In this document: one piece after another, positions 50,760-63,704 of the stretch
Numbering within the stretch: position 1 is the stretch's first letter
How the letters are laid out: each line of letters begins with the position of its first letter
DNA from: Octopus sinensis
Lineage: Eukaryota
DNA length: 64,000 nt
Direction of reading: 5' to 3'
NCBI RefSeq assembly: GCF_006345805.1
Contig: NW_021832570.1
Location: 8,181-72,180 of the forward strand
Made by a program: the position numbers and the translations under genes
Notes under the pieces: model-generated
The model's input: the letters and a program-made list of their open reading frames with translations, nothing else
Database searches by the model: none
Told to the model about the DNA's origin: nothing

Positions 50760-51925
50760 CACAACGTCGAAGATAATGGAAAAAATTATTTTCAATCGTT
50801 TATCGGCTTACGTGGAACAAAATATATACTCGCGGAGAAACAGTGGGGTTTTAGACCTGGTCGTTCAACCGGTCACTGTTTCTCGCTTCTTGAGGAAGAA
50901 CTGTCTCGGGCCAAACTCCATAAAGCCTGCCTAACGGCGGTCTGCTTGGACGTCTGCAAGGCTTTGACAGTGTCTGGCACTTGGGGTTGCTAGATAAAGT
51001 AGCGGAGTTGGGTGCTGGGCGAAAAAACTGTCAGATGGCTAAAGGGCTTCTTGTGCGAGAGAAAATCGTTCATTCGTTGTGGAAATCTGTTATCGAAGGC
51101 CGTGAATCTGAGAAGAGGTGTTCCTCAGGGATCGGTTCTCAGCCCCTTGCTCTTCATTTATTTCTGGCCGACGTCCCGAAACCACATTTTCCTACGAGCA
51201 GACTAATTATCTACGCGGACGATATCTTGGTTACGGATGTCTCGAAGTGGGGACCCCGACACAGAAGAAGGTTGTCCTGGAGCAGACTAGAACCGTACTT
51301 GGAGGAACTTGAAATCTGGTGCAATGGTAAAGGCTTGAATCTCGCTCTGGACAAAAGTACCATTTGTTGGATTTCAATGGGTCGTGACAAAAAACCGACT
51401 TTCGAGGATTATGGGAACCTGATTATATCGAAGAACCTACGTTACCTGGGAGTAACTATAGACCCCACCGGGTCATACAAACCCCATGTGCATGCAAAGC
51501 GGAAACAAGGAGCGAAAATCCTAAAAGGACTGAGGCGTTTTTGTCTAAGCGCAGAAACGTTTCTACACATCTACCAGACTTGTGTTCAGCCACTAATAAT
51601 CTATGGTTCGGAGGGCTGGTACCAAACTGATGAAAGGGACCTTCTAATCGCCAAACTCAAAAAAACCAGACGATTTGCCATCAAACTGGCATTCGGCCTG
51701 GAGCTCAGCAGTCCGCTGGAGGACCTGCATGAGCGGAGTGTTGACACGATAGACGCGATCCTGGCAAAACTCGAATTCGCTGAGGGAGATAAGACAGTCT
51801 CCCGGGGCAAAACCGAAGTTGAGACCTTCGTGGCTCTCGTTATCAAGCCCCCTAAGCTCTAATTCCTCGGCCACTTTTCTTTTGGAGCTATTGTATTAAA
51901 TAAACCATATTCTATTCTATTCTCT
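50760..51925 (+). mobile_element. 5'-truncated LINE (RT domain, I/Jockey-group-like)
   Basis: QWGFRPGRST, LDVCKA-DSVWH, GVPQGSVLSPLLF, YADD and YLGVTID. AATAAA followed by a (TATTC)n tail. Frameshifts present. Confidence 0.9.
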
Positions 51926-52879
51926 TAATTTCATTTAAAATAGAAAACTATGGGAACCATTTAAATTGATTTCTTTGATGTATCAAAATTATTGTTATTT
52001 TAGTCTGGAAACAATTAATTTATTGTTTTTGATGTCTTTGACCTTTAATGCAAATTAGACAATTAACTTTACGATTGAAATAAATCTGGAGATATTAATT
52101 TATCTTTCTTTTATCTTTTTATGCATGCGGCATCCTGTTTTGATAAAATATTTTTTCATTTCGAAGAGAAGATGCTTAATATTTTTTAAAAATTCGTCAC
52201 CATTAAAAAAATGTTCAATTAACAACTTCTCATTGTATTAAATACAAAATTTTCAATAGAAGCATAAATATTATTTGATAAATTAGTTTTATTGGATAAA
52301 CAACATTGAGAGGTTACTGCAAAACATCTGTTTGTAATTGAAAATATTATTAAAGAATAGTTTATTGGTATCACTTTACTCGGCTAGCGGCATTAAGTCG
52401 ATTAAATTTTGTAGATTTGTTATCAAATAAAATATAAATTAACTTGGCGCAATTAATTTGAAAAACTGTGTCGGATGCTCTCTAATGTATTAATTACCTA
52501 ATTTGTATAACATAGAAATATCCAAAACAACCTAGAATTCAAACAACTGGGATGAAATCAGCCCTTTCAAACAATCAAACAATTTATAGCCCAATGCCTA
52601 AATTAATCTGTTCAATACTACTTAAACATTCTATTATTCCAAAAACTGTCGTTTTTGTAGCTCCAAACGGTTGTTTTTATGTGCAATAAAAGTGTATCAG
52701 TATCAGATAACTGCGATAACTCAAATCGATTATTAGAAAGTCAAGAAATTTTTTTGAGTTTTATATTAAGAGAATGTATATTTTCTTCGTTAAAATTCAA
52801 AGCAATAAAATTATTTGGTACATATTATTTTATTCATTATAGACTCAAGTTATATTAAACACAAATTAATCTTTTGTAA

Positions 52880-53784
52880 AAATATTAATGGTAAAGACGA
52901 AAACATAAAGGCGTTAGTCAATAAAATATTAAAATTTTTAAAAAATTCCAATTGTAAGACAATTAAATTAAACTATAAATAAACAATATAATTTTTGTTT
53001 CAAAACAATAAATAAGTAACCATAAATTTAAATAATGTTCAAATTAAATATTTTCTAATGTCTATTTAGATAAATTGCTTATTGAAATGCAAATCGACGA
53101 CAAAGTTTCATATAAAAGTGTGATTCATGAAAAAGGTATAAAATTTGCAAAAAATAATAAATAGTAACAAAGTTGTCAAAAATATTGATATATTTTCCAA
53201 GCAAATTTTCCGAGAAAGTATTCGAAGATTATTTTATTCATAAATCTGGTTTTCTGATATATCAATGTTCTTTTAATTCAAATGATCTTATTTTTAGTGA
53301 AATGATTCAAAAAAAAGTTTTCATATAATGTTATAGAATTTTAGAACGATTTTGTACCAAAAAATGACAAAATTGTTAATGAAAAATCCAAACTAATTAA
53401 ACATGCATTTTCAGAATACAAAAAACATAAATGCATAAACAACAACCCAATAGGATCCCAAATGCTATCTTGTCTGCCACTACCTCCTCTCCCCCCTCTT
53501 AAAAATTTTTGTGAAGAAAAAATTGTGAGAAAAGATATGAATTCTACAAATAATAATCGATCGAAATCTAAACTCAAAAATCAGTCATTCAAAAATCAGA
53601 TTTATAGTTCTGATATGAGTGAAGAAATAAGTTCATCGGAGTTAATAATGGTTATTATTCTTATTAACCTAATTATGTTTATTAGAATAATGAGATTGAA
53701 GAATGTCGAAAAATGAAAAATGAGTTACATGATTTTTTAAAATCGTCAGTGAATTCCAAAAGTAGTGGCTACGAATCTCGATAA
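52880..53784 (+). CDS. Possible multi-exon gene of unknown function
   Basis: Series of short GT-AG intron-like segments separating open frames, including PLPPLPPLK and ending SSGYESR*. Full structure not resolved. Confidence 0.3.
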
Positions 53785-54039
53785 TCTAATTAATTCATTA
53801 AGCGAGAAAACCTATTTTTTAATATTTTTAAAACATAAAGCAGAAATTTTGACTTAAAAATCGATTTTATACTTGCTTATTATATAAACAAAATTTAACT
53901 AAGATTACACTATTTAACTGAGATTTTCACTCCTTATTGTTCTAAACTTCTCTTTCCCTTTTTGAGAAAGAATTTGCTACTAGTTTCTACTCTCTACCTT
54001 TTCGTTAGAAAAAGTTGTTATAGGTCGCGTAGTTTTAAA

Positions 54040-55990
54040 CGAAGTGTCCCGACAGCAGTCATTCATGGGACCAACTAAACAAATGGGCTTCACTGTCCAC
54101 ATTTGTACAATACTTCTCACACAATTAACAACCCAAAAGAATATCTTACGTTGCGTCATGTGGTTCACCAGTTGTTACAACTGTGGAGGCGCACAGAATG
54201 CTCCTAAAGCATTCGAGAAAAGAACCATTCACTCTTTCCAGCTGGAATTATCCAGACGACAATCTCGGGATCTCAGCCCCCGATGGACGAAAGGCTCGAG
54301 CATTCTGCTTTCGGGCGATGTTAAGGAGAATCCAGGATCACATCTAACCATACTCCAACTGAACATCAATGGAATAAGAGGGAAAGTTCTTGAATTACGG
54401 ACATACCTCAAAAAACACAACATCGATGTAGCTGCCTTTCAAGAGATCAGATTAACACCCTCCTCTATTACTCCCTCATTCCCGGGATATAACTGTATCC
54501 GCTTAGATTGGTTAAACTGACTTGGCGGAGGCCTTCTGTTTATTATCAAAAACGAATTGCACTATACGGACCCCTCGGATGACTTTATTCAGGACGGCGT
54601 ATCAGAAATATCTGGAATTACGTTGATTACTAAATTTGGAAAGATAACTATTGTCAACATATATGTTCCACCCCTCCTGTCTTGTCCAAAGGGATTCAAC
54701 CAAAACTTCTCAAAGCTATCCAATTTAAAGAACCTTTTAATTTGCGGAGATTTGAACGCAAAGCATCCGACTTGGCTTAAATCCCAACGGGCAGACTCAA
54801 GAGGATGGTCTCTATTGAAACAACTCTCTGCCATGTCTTTCCTTAACAATCCGAAGACCCACACTGAAACACCTTATAAGGATACCGAACACTTAACATC
54901 TACGGACATTACACTATCCTCAACTAACTTATCCTCAGCCATTTCATGGGCAGTAGACTACGATCTTAATTCAGATCACAATCCAATCATCATCAGGATT
55001 AAGAAAGCCCTTCCTCGTACGAACAAAGCAATGTTCTTGTTCGATTACAAGAGCGCAAACTGGGAGGGATATGTTAACTTCATCGACGCAATGCTGCAAA
55101 ACTTTGATAGTAAACTGTTAAAATCAATCCACGGAGCTGTCAAGTGCCTAAATGAGGCGACTTTGCTGGGTAGAAAGCTATTTATTCCAAAATAAACTTA
55201 CCATCACTTCGACGAAAATCTCGACCAGGAGACAAAAATCCTTATCAGAAAAAGAAACTTTCTTAAAAAGAATCTAATTTCTATTCCCAGAGGAAGAAAA
55301 GAAATAAAGAACCTCAACGATACCATCACTAAGAAAAATCGTCCACTATCTTACTTACGTCGGACAAGAGACTCGGAAGCCGTACTGCTGATTTTTTTCT
55401 GGAGAACGAAAAGATCCCATTCACGAAGAACCCTAAAATTCTGGGAATCACTTTTGACACCCGCATGTGCTTTACTGCCCATCTAGAGAAGAACATTGGA
55501 TCCAGTCAATGAAAAATTGGACTAATCAAATCGATATTTGGCGGACTAAAGAAACCGTTCCCGGCTCTCGGCACTCTCTGCAAATAATTCATCGAACCTA
55601 CAATTGGCTATGTCTGCGTCGCATGGGGTACTAATCTCTCATGGTCTAACCATCTTAAAATTGAGCCACACTATGCCGAGCCACGGCTAGCAAAACGAAA
55701 ATTTCCAACTTGAACAACATTATCCCAAGTCCGCTGGACCACCTTATTAAGAAAGATGGAAATGGCTTCTTAGGACCACCTGCCAAAGAACTAAGACCTT
55801 AACAACCCAAAACACATCAACCCGATTCAATTCCTCACAAAAAGTGCTCCCGGCCAGTCCTGCACTTGCGTTGGGTCAAGAGTTCAACATCGGGAAAAGC
55901 TGAGAAAGATTTTGAGGATTGTTGAAATCACATAATTAATTACCCTAATTAACTGTTGATGATTATTGGGTTAAATAATAATAATAATCC
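54040..55990 (+). mobile_element. Internally deleted APE-type LINE (Ingi/I-like) with degenerate 2A-like motif
   Basis: LLSGDVKENPGS immediately before APE (ILQLNINGI, AFQE, NIYVPP, GDLNAKHPTW, SDHNPI). RT largely deleted. KILGITFD remains, with a (TAA)n tail. Confidence 0.85.
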
Positions 55991-56131
55991 CAGAACAATC
56001 TATTACATGAAATAAAAAGTCATGGTCCACAAAATCGAAAGCATTCTTGACATAAAGCCATTCAGAATATATGTACCCATTTCCAAACTATTTAAGAAAT
56101 GGTTAATAAAAGAATTCAAAAGTCAAAAAAA

Positions 56132-56203
56132 GCCTCTATAGCTCAGAGGTAGAGCATTGGTCTTGTAAACCAAGGGTCGGGGGTTCGATTCCCTCTGGGG
56201 GCT
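56132..56203 (+). tRNA. trnT-TGT: tRNA-Thr(TGT)
   Basis: GCCTCTA/TGGGGGC acceptor, GCTC/GAGC D arm, TTGGT-CTTGTAA-ACCAA anticodon arm, TTCGATT T loop. Confidence 0.95.
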
Positions 56204-56366
56204 AAGTTCGTAGTTTTATAAAAATATATGTCAAGATTTTTGATAGTTGTTTCTTCCACAAGATCCTATATTAAAAAAAACCTTGTAAACATTTTTCCTT
56301 CTAACTAGTTTTTTAAACGCAAGTGGTTCAAATATATTCTCTAAACAAAATATAATAAACTGTCAA

Positions 56367-56620
56367 TCCTGGGCACGTTACGAGGCCCCTCAAGGATCGT
56401 AAGATTCTCAAGTACGGCCACCTCTCGAATTCCCTTCTATTCACAATATTTGCTTTGGAGTCTTCAGAGATCTTCAGCTCCAAGACGATTTACTTCCTTC
56501 GCTCCTTCGGTTGACGGATATCAAGAGTAAGACAGGCTCTAGAAACGTCTGTCGATCCCCGGGATTCGTGGAAATGGCTTTGCAATTTGGAGACTAGCCG
56601 AGCGTCTCGTGAGACATTAG
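56367..56620 (+). mobile_element. CRE-like 3' fragment, copy of 42478-42750
   Basis: Nucleotide match AAGATTCTCAAGTACGGCCACCTCTC...TCTCGTGAG. Confidence 0.8.
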
Positions 56621-56901
56621 TTAAATTAATTAAAATAGATAAAATGCAAATAATCAAGTCAAAAACTTTACGAAGGAATTCAAATATTGATAAAACACGC
56701 TTGTGATCATTTTTAGGTTTTAAGTTTTTGAATTTATCAATAAAGAAAGGACAAGAGAAAAATCGTCATTGACAGATAGCCAGAGTATTGCTGATTTTGA
56801 CTATGGCTAATTTTTTAATATGTTTTATACAAAAAGTTAATTTTTTGATAAAATTTATAAAATATATATGAAAATAACTAAATTAATAATTCAAAATTTA
56901 A

Positions 56902-58465
56902 ATGACTATGTGGGGTCTAACAAACTGTGACATGTTTCTTCCATTAATCTGTACAATACAAATTTGTGAATTTGCATGGAATATATATTTAAATAACAGA
57001 CAAGTTAAACATAGATAACTATTATTATAGTATAAAGTATACAAAACATACACAAAAATTCGAGCTGAACACAGTAATCTTGTTTCAGACAGCGTTTTCG
57101 AAAAATCTCGACTTTATAAACTTGATAAAAGCAAATTCGAATTTTCAATGTCAATATTTGATATTTTTTTAATCTTTGTTTTATTAATTTATATAATCAT
57201 TAAAGCTTTCGATCGCTACGCAAATTTACAAAACCGTTTGGATTATTTCCAGCAATATCAATTCTAATCAAGTTTTTTTGCGAATAAAATGTTTTAGTAT
57301 GTCGCAACAATCATTTTTTTGACAATCTTACTTTGTCTACGTACACTAATTTTCGTTCCGTTTTCTTACTATTCTGACTTTGTAATAGAAGCTAGACATG
57401 GTTTCAACAAACAAGTATTTTATCATTATTATAATTTTTATTAGACAGTGACGTTTTTTATTAAAGACAAAATAAAAAAATTGTTGTTGACTTTATTTTT
57501 CGGGATTTTTATTGGGGTGGTTACACTCTTTATAATAAATAAAACTGGAGAATCATTTGCGGATTATTTAACACAATTCGTTTTTATTGTCAATTTAGTG
57601 AGTCATTTTGAATTATGTTTAGTTTATTTTCTATATATATGGAGAGTTTATAGCTCCTTTATTTGATACTTTTCGTGAATTGCCACAGTCAGAGTTGCGT
57701 ACAAGAATTGAAGATTTGGCCTCTTCTTTGAACTTTCCCCTTCATAGACTTTTTGTGGTTGAAGGTAATTTTTTATTATTTTATTTTTTAGGATCCAAAA
57801 GATCATCTCACAGTAATGCTTATGTGACTGGATTTTATAAAAAGAAGAAAATTGTTTTATACGATACACTTATTGGAACCGATAATTCGGAAAATGTAAA
57901 ATTTAGTTTTTATATATTTTAGAATGAAAAAACTATCCAAGACGAATCTTGTCAATCAGGCGAAAGAATGACCAATGATGAGATTGTGGCAATTCTAGCC
58001 CACGAATTAGGTCATTGGAAAAACTGGGACGTTTTTAAAATATTTGCCCTTCTTCAAGTATCTTTTTTCATTAGTTAGATTCAACTTTTCATTACATTCA
58101 AAACATGTGGATATTTTTTGTATAACTCTAAATTCTACAATGCCTTTGGATTTGGAACTGTGAATGTTTCAGAAATGCCTCCGTTGATTGGACTTGTCTT
58201 AATTGCTCAGTACCTTATTTCACCACTTCAAGAACTATTGAATATATTAATGGTCACTGCGACTAGATATAACGAGTTTGGAGCTGACAGATTTTCTACA
58301 ATGATTGGATATGGGGATTACTTACAATCTGCATTAAAAAAATTGTATCGAAATAATTTGTCGTTTATTTACGATGATTGGTTATATGCCAAATTGAAAT
58401 ATACACATCCACCATTGATTGAGAGACTCGATGCAATAATCAATGATTCCAAAAAGATTTCTTAG
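56902..58465 (+). CDS. ZMPSTE24: CAAX prenyl protease 1 (STE24/ZMPSTE24, peptidase M48)
   Basis: [60 protein letters not shown] (HExxH), EFGADRF and THPPLIERL. About seven short introns. Confidence 0.93.
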
Positions 58466-59824
58466 TTTAGTGGGATATGATTTTTCTTTTGATTAAAAAT
58501 AATACTTTAACTAAAATACATTAGTACTTTCCCAATGATATCAGAGATCTAAAATTTGTCATGGCTTAACCCTAGAAATATTAGCTAAGTTTGCATACTT
58601 CGAATATTTATTGTCACCTTCTTGTTGATCCCTCTTCTTTACAGAATGCATTCTTCCGAGTTCGCGCAAGAACTCAGAAGTCTTTGGGCCAACGGATCAC
58701 GATGACTCGCCTGCCCAAGGGTTAAATCAGTAGCGGTCCCTGAGGAAGAATATTGTAAACAAAATATTGATAATAAAAAAATTAAAATTTATTAATAAAA
58801 AAGTTCTAAAAAGTTGAAAAGATTATCATTAATCAATAGTTTTAGTTGAACTAAATCGAGACACCCTCGAACAAATTAGGGAATATTGGTAATCAGGCCA
58901 CCTTGATGATTTCATGAGTTCGGAAAAAGTGCATATGTCTAAGAAGATACGAAGATATGTCTAACAATTTAGTTTCAAAAAGAACGACACCTACATTACG
59001 AGAAATAGCTTGAAGCTGTGTTTATTTTGTATCAGAGACGCTGAAATTAAATTAAAATTCATTGAAGTAAGGTATTTGTCTATTTAAATTAAGCTTAATT
59101 AATTTGGATGTGATAGATTTTACAGTTTATTGACACTCAGCATTTATGGTGCCAGACATACTGAGGTGGCTTCTGTGGTGAAGTTGAATTATGATGAAGT
59201 TGAATTTCAATCAAACCAATAACTTCAAAATTTTGCGAAAAAAATATTAAAATCAAAAAAGTAATGAAAAGAAAAAAATAACTTCAGAAAGGTAATTTTT
59301 ATTAAAAATTTTAGACTTAACCGATCTGGCGTCTTGACCTACATCTGATGACTTTCTGAAAAGTTTTCAATTTTATTAAAAATTTAAATTTTATCGAGAT
59401 CAAAAATTTAGGGTGAAAAATCGACAAATTTTATTATACTTATAGAATCTAAAATTTGAAAGCAGAAAATATCAGAGTTTTAAATAAAAAAATTTCAATA
59501 AATTGAAATAAGAATTCACAGGCGAAAATCTATTTTTAATATTCTTAATTAATCTAAATGAATTACTAAAGTTTTTCATATTTTTTGTTGTCAATAAAAA
59601 TTCCGAATTGTCAGAAAAGAATAAAAGAAGGTTTCAAATTAGTACATATAATGCAGATTGACTTTAACTATTTCTTTATTGGGAACACTATGAAACTCGT
59701 CATTACGATAAATTCTACAAGGTTACAGAAGAATCACGCTTGCTAAAAATCACACGACCTCAGGTCTAGAGTGTAAAATTAACAGAATAAATTCGAAAAA
59801 ATAAAATAAAACAATAGAATCACA

Positions 59825-61804
59825 TCAATTAATTAAAATTAAATTGAAAATTAAAATTATAAATATGAGGCTACTTGACGATCCGGTTTCATGTTTATCC
59901 CTATCATTCTTACACATAAAATCTTACATTTTTATTTGTTTTCGGATTTCTGTATCAATATTTATTGTCGTTTTTGTGTCAATATTTATAGTTTCTGTAT
60001 CAATATTTATAGTTGCCTGTTTATATTTTGTCGAAAAGATTTTATCAGAACTTAAATCTCCACATATATATTCATTTGATTTTATATTTTTGGAATATTT
60101 TCTGAAAACGGTTATATTCAATATCTAAATTTTATGCATCTAAATATTCTATACATTTATTGAATAAGTTATTTGTTCTGCTAAATTCTTTATAAATTGA
60201 GTTTCAAAGTTATATAGCTTTTTTTCATTTGTATCCTCACCTGATTTAATTCCATATCTAAGCAAAAATAATTTAATTATTACTGATCATAAGATTGATT
60301 GTTCCAACATCTTTTTGATTGATTTGTTTCTACATGATCCACACATATTTTATCGGTTAAACGTGATAATAATTTGCATGAACGAAATGCCTTTGTTTTA
60401 AAGTCATTTAATGTTGAAGACGAGGTCACTGAATGCTCATTTTCGCTTTGCATCAAATCATTTAGAGGGTTTTTATTTTTTAGAATATTTATGAAATCCG
60501 TGTTTAGTTCTTTTTTAATGTTTGAAAATAGATTATTTTCATTTTCGGATTCATCATCCAACACTTTACTTTTTGTACATAACTAATTTATTTAGTGAAT
60601 TATTTTCTAATATTTTACAGTAATTTTCTGAGGTATTTCAGTGACAATATTTTGCTGCCATTTCACTATAAATTTGGAAAGATCTTTTAATGGTTTGGTC
60701 ATTTCATCTACACCGTGTATCAACAAGAATTGTTCTACTGTTGCTGAGTATTCAAATAAACTATCAATAATTAATATAATTAGAATTATACCTTTTAATA
60801 ACATAAGCATAGTCTTGAAAATATCCTGAAATGCTTTGATGACAAAAATGTCTACAAAGTTTAACTGAATTTGCTCCGAGACATTTTCTACAATGAAGTA
60901 GTTTACTAATGTGGATTGCTCTTTTTTGACTTTCAATTAATACTGACTCGCTTAAAATTAAAATTTTTTGGAAATTATTTATCAATGTTCTAATATAAAT
61001 AACAGTAAAAAAACCTCGTTATATTTGTACTCGATAACATATGTTTACTGAAATTAGCAAATATTTCATCATTTTTCACTATTTCATCAAAATTGCTCAT
61101 ATCAAGACACGGGGTGTCATTTTGTACGATCTTATCCGAAAATGTTCGTTTATTGAAATCTACAATTTGTTGAGGAAATTCGTAAATTGCTTTCAGAAAA
61201 TTTTCAGGAGTCTATAAAATTAGTTATTCAAAATATAAAATGATACTAAAATTATAAATATAACCTCATTTCCAGAAATATAAAGTAAAAATCGAATTAA
61301 AAACGGCCGAATTATCAAATTCGCCATTTCAATTGCCAACTCACGATTCACAACAGATTGTAGATCTTCAAATATATTTACAAATGTTTTTAGCGTTGAA
61401 ACTCGATGATGCACTATTAAATAAAATTTTCAATTCCCACTCCATAAAACTGAATAACTGGCATTAAAAATTCCATATAATTCTTTGAAATTATCTCCGA
61501 GTTCTTTTTGGAGCATTTTATGAGTATTTTGTAGATATGAAGCCTCTATTTTAGCCGTACAACATGAAAATCCACTTTCAAATGTTGGACAATTTAAGTC
61601 GCCTAAAGAACAATCATGATTTACAAAATAAAAAACACCATTAAAATTTTCTCTCTCTTTATTTAACATTTCATCCAAAAAGTCATTTTCTTTATTAACA
61701 AATTCAGCAATTGTCTGATGACAAAATTCCATTTCAAGCAACTTACTTTGTTGAGAAATAGAAAATAAGAAAATAAATGACATGAAGTTATTTTTAGTGT
61801 TCAT
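59825..61804 (-). CDS. Divergent glypican-like GPI-anchored protein
   Basis: N-terminal hydrophobic leader. C...SCCTAKIE, HCRKCLG..VKLCRHFC and C..KRCWN follow the glypican Cys pattern. A spliced last exon DKHETGSSSSLIFIILIFNLILIN* resembles a GPI signal. Confidence 0.7.
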
Positions 61805-63129
61805 TAAATTAATTGTACAAAAATAAATAAAACGAGCAAAAACAGTGTTTTAAATTCATTAATTATTGAATTATTAAAATATTTAATAGGATTAATTCAT
61901 TTTATCGAAATAATAATTGCTTTACGTATTTGCATTATAAGAATTTTCGAAAAATATTCTTTCAATCTTTATGAATAACAAATTAAAATAACTATTTATA
62001 ATGATATTTTGCATATGTGGAGGAAATTTAGAATTAAAATGACAAAATTCATTTTATTAGGTGTAAATTTAAAAAAATTGATGCACAAATATAATTGTAA
62101 TCAAATAAAAAAATTGAACATCCGTATGGGGCTTTTATGAGGGTTCTCACCGAGCATCCACTAGACTTTCATCTCTTTCTCGACAGGCGAACTTATCATT
62201 TTGTGGACGTAATTAGTTGTGCGCTCTTCCAATCGATCTGTGGCACATATTATTTTCGCATTTGAAGTTTTGATTTCATGTTTATGCTTGGCGAGAATAC
62301 TTTTAGCACATCAATCGAAAAGCATTTACATGGTTCTTTAAGTATTTTGTAACAGTTCAGTCCCATATCAAAACAAATGAAACAATTTTTAAATCAAAAT
62401 TGTATAAAATTTTTAATTTACTAGCAAACAAGAATATTTGTGTAATTTTCTGTCTCGTCTCTAGAGTACTTCGTGTGATGTGATTTCAACATCTATTATC
62501 ACGATCTCTGTTTTAAGACGCTTGGTCTTTTTATTCTATACATTCTGCATCTAACAACTTTTTTATGCCTTCTCATGTAGTCACTGTTTAGAATTTTGTT
62601 ACATAATATAGCCAGATGTTCAACAGATTTCTTGGCCATGTTTAATGATTGGATTTTGATACTTTTAACTAAAAAACAAATTTCTATCTTGCAGCAAGCA
62701 ATAAAAAATTCGGACCTAGTCTTTTCCCTTTTGTAAGCCATAGAGAAAATTTAGCAGTATCAGCATATTCATGTTAAAGAGAGTAAAATGAAGCGGGCTT
62801 TTGTCATTGATTCATAAAGAAAATTTTTCTGGGCTTATTTAATAGATTTGATATCACTCAAGTTGGCTTCAATTATACAAAAATGAAAAATAAAAATCTG
62901 GCTGTGTTCTATTTGTTTAAAAACCAAGAAATTTGATTCTTATTGACAGAAATGAAGCTTTATTAAAAACTAATTTAAAATAGTTAATTTGAAACTTATT
63001 AACACACCCGTTATCAGCAGATTTATCTAGTCATTATACCTCAAATAACATATTTCACAAATAACAAAAATCGACCAAGAAAAAACAAGACTCTTCAACC
63101 CGAGATATATATTCGTAAAAATTAAAAAA

Positions 63130-63201
63130 GGCCGCTTGGCGCAACGGTAGCGCGTCGGACTCCAGTTCCGAAGGTTGTGGGTTCAAATCCCATGGTGGTC
63201 A
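63130..63201 (+). tRNA. trnW-CCA: tRNA-Trp(CCA)
   Basis: GCGC/GCGC D arm, TCGGA-CTCCAGT-TCCGA anticodon arm, GTGGG-TTCAAAT-CCCAT T arm, followed by TTTT. Confidence 0.9.
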
Positions 63202-63213
63202 TTTTATTATCAA

Positions 63214-63510
63214 CTAGCTCGGAGCTCGCTTCGCTCACCGCGACCTAGCTCCTGCGGAGGGCCTGTTTCATCAAACAACTAAAGTTTATGTAGATGTATA
63301 AAACTACCTGGTTAATGTAACCCTATTCTATCGCCTGTTGATAAACGATGTTTGGTCCGTCCGTCCTTCCTTGTGCATATATGAATAAATTTTTCTTCTG
63401 CCTACCCTCGAGCATCCCACATACAGCTGTCCATGTGAAAACACTCACTAAAAATAACCCAACTACCTTTAATGACTGTCCCTGGGCCTTGTTTATTGTC
63501 ATTGCAAACT
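63214..63510 (-). mobile_element. Helitron 3' end fragment related to 46916-47235
   Basis: [17 protein letters not shown], plus the same double hairpin/CTAG terminus ending CTAG|T. Confidence 0.85.
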
Positions 63511-63602
63511 TTTTTTTTTCATTTTTTGTGGTTTATTTTTTTTATATTTAATTTTTTCATTTTTCCTTTGTAATTTCCTTTTTTTTTCTTTTTTATTTTT
63601 TA

Positions 63603-63704
63603 CTGGCGAAATGGGGCAGGGGGAGATGCGGCAGGCGGAAATGCGGCAGGCAGAGATGCGGCAGGCAAGAAAGCGACACACAAAAAAGCGACACACAAAA
63701 AAGA
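63603..63704 (+). repeat. ~15-bp tandem repeats, probable transposon terminal region
   Basis: GGC(A/G)GA(A/G)ATGCGGCA x4, then AAAGCGACACACAAA x2. Confidence 0.6.

Noticed and set aside
62130-62900. Cys-rich MULE/SWIM-like remnant on minus strand
   Set aside because: Only scattered Cys motifs with many stops. Insufficient support.
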